In this document: one piece after another, positions 57,234-64,000 of the stretch | How the letters are laid out: every line of letters begins with the position of its first letter | Position numbering within the stretch: the stretch's first letter is position 1 | Assembly (NCBI GenBank): GCA_951406725.2 | Contig: OX597816.1 | Location: forward strand, 138,446,001 to 138,510,000 | DNA from: Octopus vulgaris | Taxonomy: Eukaryota | Direction: 5' to 3' | Length of the DNA stretch: 64,000 nt | Notes under the pieces: generated by a model | Told to the model about the DNA's origin: nothing | The model's database searches: none | Seen by the model: the letters and a program-made list of their open reading frames with translations, nothing else | Position numbers and translations under genes: made by a program

Positions 57234-57720
57234 TATAACGGGAAGCTTTATGAAAATAGACAAGGCAGATGGAAAACAAACGAACAATTGTATTAGTATG
57301 GCGCTCAGGAAATATAAATAAAACAAGTCTTTAACGTTTCGAGCCTACGCTCTTCAACAGAAAGATACACAGAGAGAAAAAAAACACAGAAAGAAGGAGA
57401 GAAAAAAATGCGTGCAGTAGCTAACGAATCAACATGGCGATCTGATTTCGGCCAGAGGTCAAAGATCAAACATGAGACGCGAGAGCGAAATAAGGGGAGA
57501 TAATAGGGTTGATAATATGGTTGAAGGACCAGCTAATAGTGCGTAGGAGGGGTCTGGACGTGTGTATGTATAGGGTTGGTGTATGTATTAGTATGTATAA
57601 GGGTGTGTGTGTGTGTGTGTGTGTGTGTATGAGAGAGTATTAGTGCGTAGGATTGGTGTGGACGTGCGTATGTATGGGGTTGGTGTATGTATTAGTATGT
57701 ATTAGTATGTATAAGTGTGT
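57234..57720 (-). repeat. 5' pseudo-LTR
   Basis: Direct repeat of 52761-53268. Confidence 0.95.
57328..57365 (-). ncRNA. Minimal type-I hammerhead ribozyme motif (CUGUUGA core) in the 5' pLTR
   Basis: Identical to 52863-52900. Confidence 0.8.
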
Positions 57721-57917
57721 AGGTATATGTAAATACACACACACACATTCACACACATATGCATATATATACGTGTGAGTGTGGGAGATGTGTATGGTTG
57801 GGAATATGTGTATTACTGTATAATTAAAACCTTCATTTAATTATGCTGATGGTTTTGATAGATATTGTCGGGAGAATCATATACAATTTTACTTACTCAG
57901 CATCATAGGGTTGAATA

Positions 57918-57993
<76 letters not shown>

Positions 57994-58087
57994 TACATAC
58001 AAGTATTTTTAAATACGTATATATAAATACATATGCTCAAATATATATATATATTTTTACACGTGTGTGTGTGTGTGTGTACATATA

Positions 58088-58508
58088 TTACTCTTTTACT
58101 CTTTTACTCTTTTACTTGTTTCAGTCATTTGACTGCGCCCATGCTGGAGAACCGCCTTTAATCGAGCAACTCGACCCCGGGACTTATTCTTTGCAAGCCC
58201 AGTACTTATTCTATCGGTCTCTTTTGCCGAACCGCTAAGTGACGGGGACGTAAACACACCAGCATCGGTTGTCAAGCAATGCTAGGGTGACAAACACAGA
58301 CACGCAAACACACACACATACACATACATATATATATATACATATATACGACGGGCTTCTTTCAGTTTCCGTCTACCAAATCCACTCACAAGGCTTTGGT
58401 CGGCCCGAGTCTATAGTAGAAGACACTTGCCCAAGGTGCCACGCAGTGGGACTGAACCCAGAACCATGTGGCTGGTAAACAAGCTACTTACCACACAGCC
58501 ACTCCTGC
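58088..58508 (-). mobile_element. Full-length SINE family B
   Basis: Family B consensus in reverse complement. Confidence 0.9.
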
Positions 58509-59269
58509 TGTTATCAATGTCACATACATAATGTATTCTATGACTTATTTAAACGGTTTTAGGCTGAGGTATTTCGTCCACTTTAAAGATGTAGTGTTAC
58601 AAAGCACAGTACACAACACATGTACTTATGTATGCACGTATGGTTGTGTAAATGCATGTATGTATGATTGTGTGTATGTATGTGTGTATGCATGTATGTA
58701 TGCATGCATGTATGTATGCATGCATGTATGTATGCATGTATGTATATGTTTTTCATGAAGCCAAAACATTGCAAGTTTATAAGAACTAATTTAGGTCGAT
58801 GGTTAATAATTTTAACTTGTATTTCAATATTTCAGGTTTATGATCCCTTCATCAGAAAATCTTAGCAGTCGTGTCATTTTGAGCCGACTCATATGCATAC
58901 ATACACGCGCACACACCTATGTGCACGCACAGACACACACACACACACGTACACACACAGTTATAAAGCCCACATTCTTACGAATAATATTTTGTATATA
59001 TTTCTCCCACAATTCATCCCATCTAAAATGCATCTTGTTCCTTCTCTTTGTCCGTTCTTTCTTCTTCTGATGCTGACTACTGAGAGTTCTGTCTGCATCA
59101 GATGTTGCTAGGAGTAAAGCAGCCAACGTGACGAAACCAATTCTATTTACCCCACAGACAGAGTTGAGTGATACATTTGAAAGAACAATTTCCAAATCAG
59201 TGATTTTAGCGAACCATCCTGATGTGACAACGCAACTGTTCTTTATCATTCATCCACCCATCTTATCCG

Positions 59270-59660
59270 TCCCCTATATCTAGGAGAGTCGTAGGAGCAA
59301 AGTCTTCAGAAACTGTTTCCATAGATTCCTATCAGAAACAACCGTCATTAGATTTTCCAGTTGAATTTCCAAGTATGACTAGCTGAAACTATGAATGTTA
59401 TCCAACCATCTCTTTCTCGGTATCCTCCTAGGTTTTCTGCAGGTTGGGCCGATTTGAAGAAACCGCCTTGCAATTTTTTACTGTGACCTCCGTAGTCCGG
59501 AGCTGTGACCTCTCAATGCAGATACATAGCGGCTTGACTTGGATCTACGAGGTACGCAACCTATCGCGTGCTATCACTTCAGAGATACTCGGAAAGAACT
59601 CTTGTTTCCACCGTTTGTATTAGCGATCGTATACTTTCGGTCATTACCCAATTGTCATGA
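59270..59660 (-). mobile_element. Decayed 3' end of an RTE-like LINE
   Basis: Minus strand reads RKPRRIPRKRWLDNI…LENLMTVVSDRNLWKQFLKTLLLRLS*, like the RPRGRPxxRWxDxI…DRxxW C-terminus of RTE ORFs. Confidence 0.6.
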
Positions 59661-59834
59661 CGATTGGTGAAGACAGGCACAGAAACCAAATCGAAGATAG
59701 CAAGTTTGGCTTTTCTATCAATCGCACACACACACACACGCGCGCGCGCGCGCGCACAGACAGTCATACGCACAGACAATTACATATATCTGCATAGCTA
59801 ACTACTTAGCTAGTTAGAGACAGACAGACAGATA

Positions 59835-60335
<501 letters not shown>

Positions 60336-60968
60336 TACATATATGCGCGTCCAGAGGTGCACATAATGCACATGCAAAATAAAACACAGATGCAGGCTGT
60401 TTGTATATGTTATAATATACTTCTGTTTATATTATAAATATCATATATTGCTGTATACACAAGTGTTTGCGAATATAAGATATGCAACAGTCGTGAAAAG
60501 ATACATATTGAAGTATAGTTGACGTATGACATATTACATATGCATTATCATATAAACAAGTGCAGTATATACTTATATTCTGAATACATTTCGAACAATA
60601 TTTACGCAAAAATATAACCTGAAAGTAGCACAGATATACATACATATACTCTATATTATATTGGATGTGTTAAGACATGTAGCACATATACATACATATA
60701 GATACACACATATATTCACCAGTGGATATATGCATTTAGAATATTACATATGAGCATAGGAATACGAACGTTGGCACATTCACCTATACGCGTCTGTTTG
60801 AGAGTTTTATGTATGAATATGTATATTTGCGTATGTGCTATGTGAACGTGTATATAAATGGATATATTGTATGTACGCATATATACGTACCTCGACACAT
60901 GCACATATATATACATCTGTATATATATCTGTATATATATGTGTGTGTGTGTATGTATATATATATAT

Positions 60969-61031
<63 letters not shown>

Positions 61032-61195
61032 TATATACATACACATGTATGTATGCACATACACTTACGCATACAAACGCACAATATTCATGTATACATG
61101 CATACTTTCATAAACGCACACGCACGCACACACACACACACACGAAACATATGTATAATTATATATATATATATACATGTATATATGTATGTGTG

Positions 61196-61259
<64 letters not shown>

Positions 61260-61334
61260 TATTTCGGAATGGTCATGTGCCAATAAAAACACACGTATAT
61301 ATTTGGTGTTATTTTTTCAGTGATATTTATTTTT

Positions 61335-61393
<59 letters not shown>

Positions 61394-61426
61394 GTATATG
61401 TATATATATATGTATATATATATATG

Positions 61427-61458
<32 letters not shown>

Positions 61459-62070
61459 TGATTAATGTTCGTACAGTCGTGAACGCTAATAATCGTTTTG
61501 TTCAGTACATTATACAACATACCAATTCTCGTATTACATAGCAATGCTAAGCTGTACCGATCGTTTTGAAGTTTCTCTCACTCCCTGAAGACTCATTTGG
61601 CTCTCAGCAATATCAAGGCGTAGAAGAGTTGGGTGGTGAAACCAAAGAGGTGTGGAGATTAGAAATTGTAAAATGAAACAAGAAACTTGGCAGTTGGAGG
61701 CTAGGAATATAAATTATGAAGATTTTACGGTAACATTCTTTCGTTTCAGAGACGAAAATTACATTGCAATATGCATAACGTTAACTTTTATGCGATTATT
61801 ATTGTTACTTCTGTTAGTATTATTTTTACTGTTGGCTACATTGTTATTGTTGCTATTATAGTTATTTTTGTTGTTATTGTTTTTGTTGCTGTTGTTGTCC
61901 TTATGGTCGTTGTTGTTGCTGTTAATGTTCTTGCTTTGTTGCCTTTGTTTTCTCATATAATATTCCTGTATGTGTAGCAGCTGCTGTTTCTCTTGATATT
62001 GTTGTTGTCTTATTATTTGATTACGTTACGTTTTTCTTGTTCTTTCTTTCTCTGTTATGTATTTTCATGT

Positions 62071-62111
<41 letters not shown>

Positions 62112-62340
62112 TATATACCAGGTCAACTTTAATTATGTAGACCCTTGATCAAATATAATCCAGTCGTGACCATCACGTCTGTTGTAACTGTTTTATATCT
62201 AGAATTACATTTTACAAGATGATGAGATGTTTTGCGGGATATTGTCGACTCTGTCGATTGGGTCACGGCGTTCAGTTTTCATCTTTGGTTGTTCTTGCAG
62301 TTATTTCATAATGGAGATAAAGAAAAATAAAATGCTTGTT

Positions 62341-63560
62341 TAAGGCGGCGAACTAGCAGGACCGTTTCGCCGAGGTCGACACTACCTTTCATCCTTACGG
62401 GATCGATTAATTAAGTACCAGTTAAGTACTGAGGTTTACGTAAACAACTTACCCTTCTCTTCAAATGTCAAGCTTTGTGTCTGCAGCAGAAAGGAATATT
62501 AAATTCTTTTGGAGTCGAATTGACAAAGTCAATAGAGCAATGGATGCCTCGAGATAGTTTTTTTCAACTCTATACGTTTCGCGTTCAAATTCCACTGAGA
62601 TAAAAATTTCGTCTTTCATACTTCTGAGTTAGGTAAAGAAAAAAAAAACACAATTAAAGGCAGCTGATTGAGGGAAGTTTTAGTGTGTCGATGATAAGAT
62701 AAGATGGGTGAGGTGTGTGATCTCTGTTCTGGCTATTTCTATTCTGACAGTAACGCCTATGATGACATGCTCCCGTGCTGTATAGACCTTTAGTCAGTGA
62801 TGTTGCCCTTGAATAAAATCGGTGACGTAAGTAGCTACCAGTCATCCGTACATACAGACACACAAAAAGGAAAATAAAATTTGACTAGACCTGAGCAAAC
62901 ATAAACAGACGAGCGGTCGACCTTGAACAATGGAGGCCTAAAATTCTTACTTCTTTTAGCTGATGTAATCATGTTTCAAATTTTGGCACAAATTTTGGTC
63001 GATTACATCGACCCCACTATTCAACTGCTACTTTTATCAACTTCGAGTGGATGAAAGGCAAACTCAACCTCGGCGGAATTTGAACTCAGAACGCCAAGAC
63101 GGATGAAACGCCACTAAGTATTTTGCCCTGCCTGCTAAAGATTCTGCCAGCTCACCGCCTTTTTAGCTGATGTAGTAATAGCGTCCATTATTATCAATCG
63201 CTAAAGAGGTGAGCTTGGCAGAAACGTTAGCGCGCAGGACAAAATGCTTAGCAGAATTTTTTCAGGCTTTTTACGCAATGAGTTCAAATTCCACCATGGT
63301 TGACTACCCTTTTCGTCCTTTCGGGGTCGATCAAATAAAGCGCAGTCAAATACTGGGGTTCATATGTTCGACTTCTCCCTCCCCGCAAAACTGCTGACTT
63401 TGTGCCAAAATTTAAAACCATATCTATTAACCCGTCAGGCGAACTACCATTATGGCTATATTGTATATATTGGTGTATTATTTCAGGCTTTTTGTGTCCT
63501 GAGTCCAAATTCTGCCGAGGCCAGTTTTGCGTTTCATTCTCTCCGTTTGAATAAAGATTA
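62341..63560. mobile_element. Cluster of diverged SINE family A copies (about 62341-62500+, 62975-63160-, 63205-63420+, 63480-63560+)
   Basis: Family A head and core motifs are recognisable in each copy. Confidence 0.75.
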
Positions 63561-64000
63561 TGGCCAGTGTCAATTTTCTGCCACTGTAACAGAAATGTTC
63601 TAAACAGTTTCAGACATATCTCACTCAGATATATATATACTCTTTTAACCTAAAATATAATTCTGTTGGTATTTCGTTGTTAATAAATTGTCGTTGTTAA
63701 AACGGATGAGCAGTCGATTTAAACCAACGCCAGTTCTTGACTGGTTATATTATTTTACCGACCTAATGATGGAGAAAAGCAATGTTGACCTCTGTGAGAT
63801 TGGAACTCAGAAGATGAAGAGAGGAAATAAATGCCACAAAGTAATTTGTCCAATGCTAAACGATACCGTCAATCTATTACATTATTATTGTTGCAGCTGT
63901 TGATACAGATTATTGTATATTTTCGCTGCTTTATGCTGCTTCAATTGTTGCTATTGTTTTTGTTGTTGCAGTTCTGGTTGGTGCAATTACTTCTGCAACA

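Larger units (their letters stand above)
52761..57720 (-). mobile_element. Near-intact Penelope-like retroelement (Neptune-type) with direct pseudo-LTRs
   Basis: Single long RT-EN ORF, about 490-bp near-identical direct repeats at both ends that each carry a hammerhead motif, and a 3' end running into (TA)n. Composition is sharply different from the flanks (GC-rich, C-rich sense strand). Confidence 0.95.

Overview
Gene-poor, microsatellite-saturated eukaryotic DNA: dozens of (TA)n, (CA)n, (CATA)n, (GATA)n and (AAT)n tracts interleaved with several tRNA-derived SINE families. The repeat style suggests a mollusc, probably an octopod cephalopod (inference, not verified). No host exon can be supported, and nearly all short ORFs in the track are microsatellite artefacts. 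The main feature is a near-intact Neptune-type Penelope-like retroelement (PLE) at about 52761-57720 (-). It encodes an RT plus a Cys linker plus a C-terminal GIY-YIG endonuclease and is flanked by near-identical direct pseudo-LTRs, each carrying a minimal type-I hammerhead ribozyme with a non-canonical CUGUUGA core. Reading by eye I find nine hammerhead-like motifs in the window. They belong to several short element families that mostly end in (TA)n, with covarying stems and different core variants, including a G3-C8 swapped core at 21626-21674. Also present are a decayed second PLE with an inverted endonuclease fragment, maT and mariner remnants, CR1/L2-like and RTE-like LINE ends (one sharing its 3' tail with the SINEs), an STPR-repeat Helitron-like remnant, and a repeat-free island with long hydrophobic reading frames. 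All calls come from manual reading; no searches or folding programs were run.
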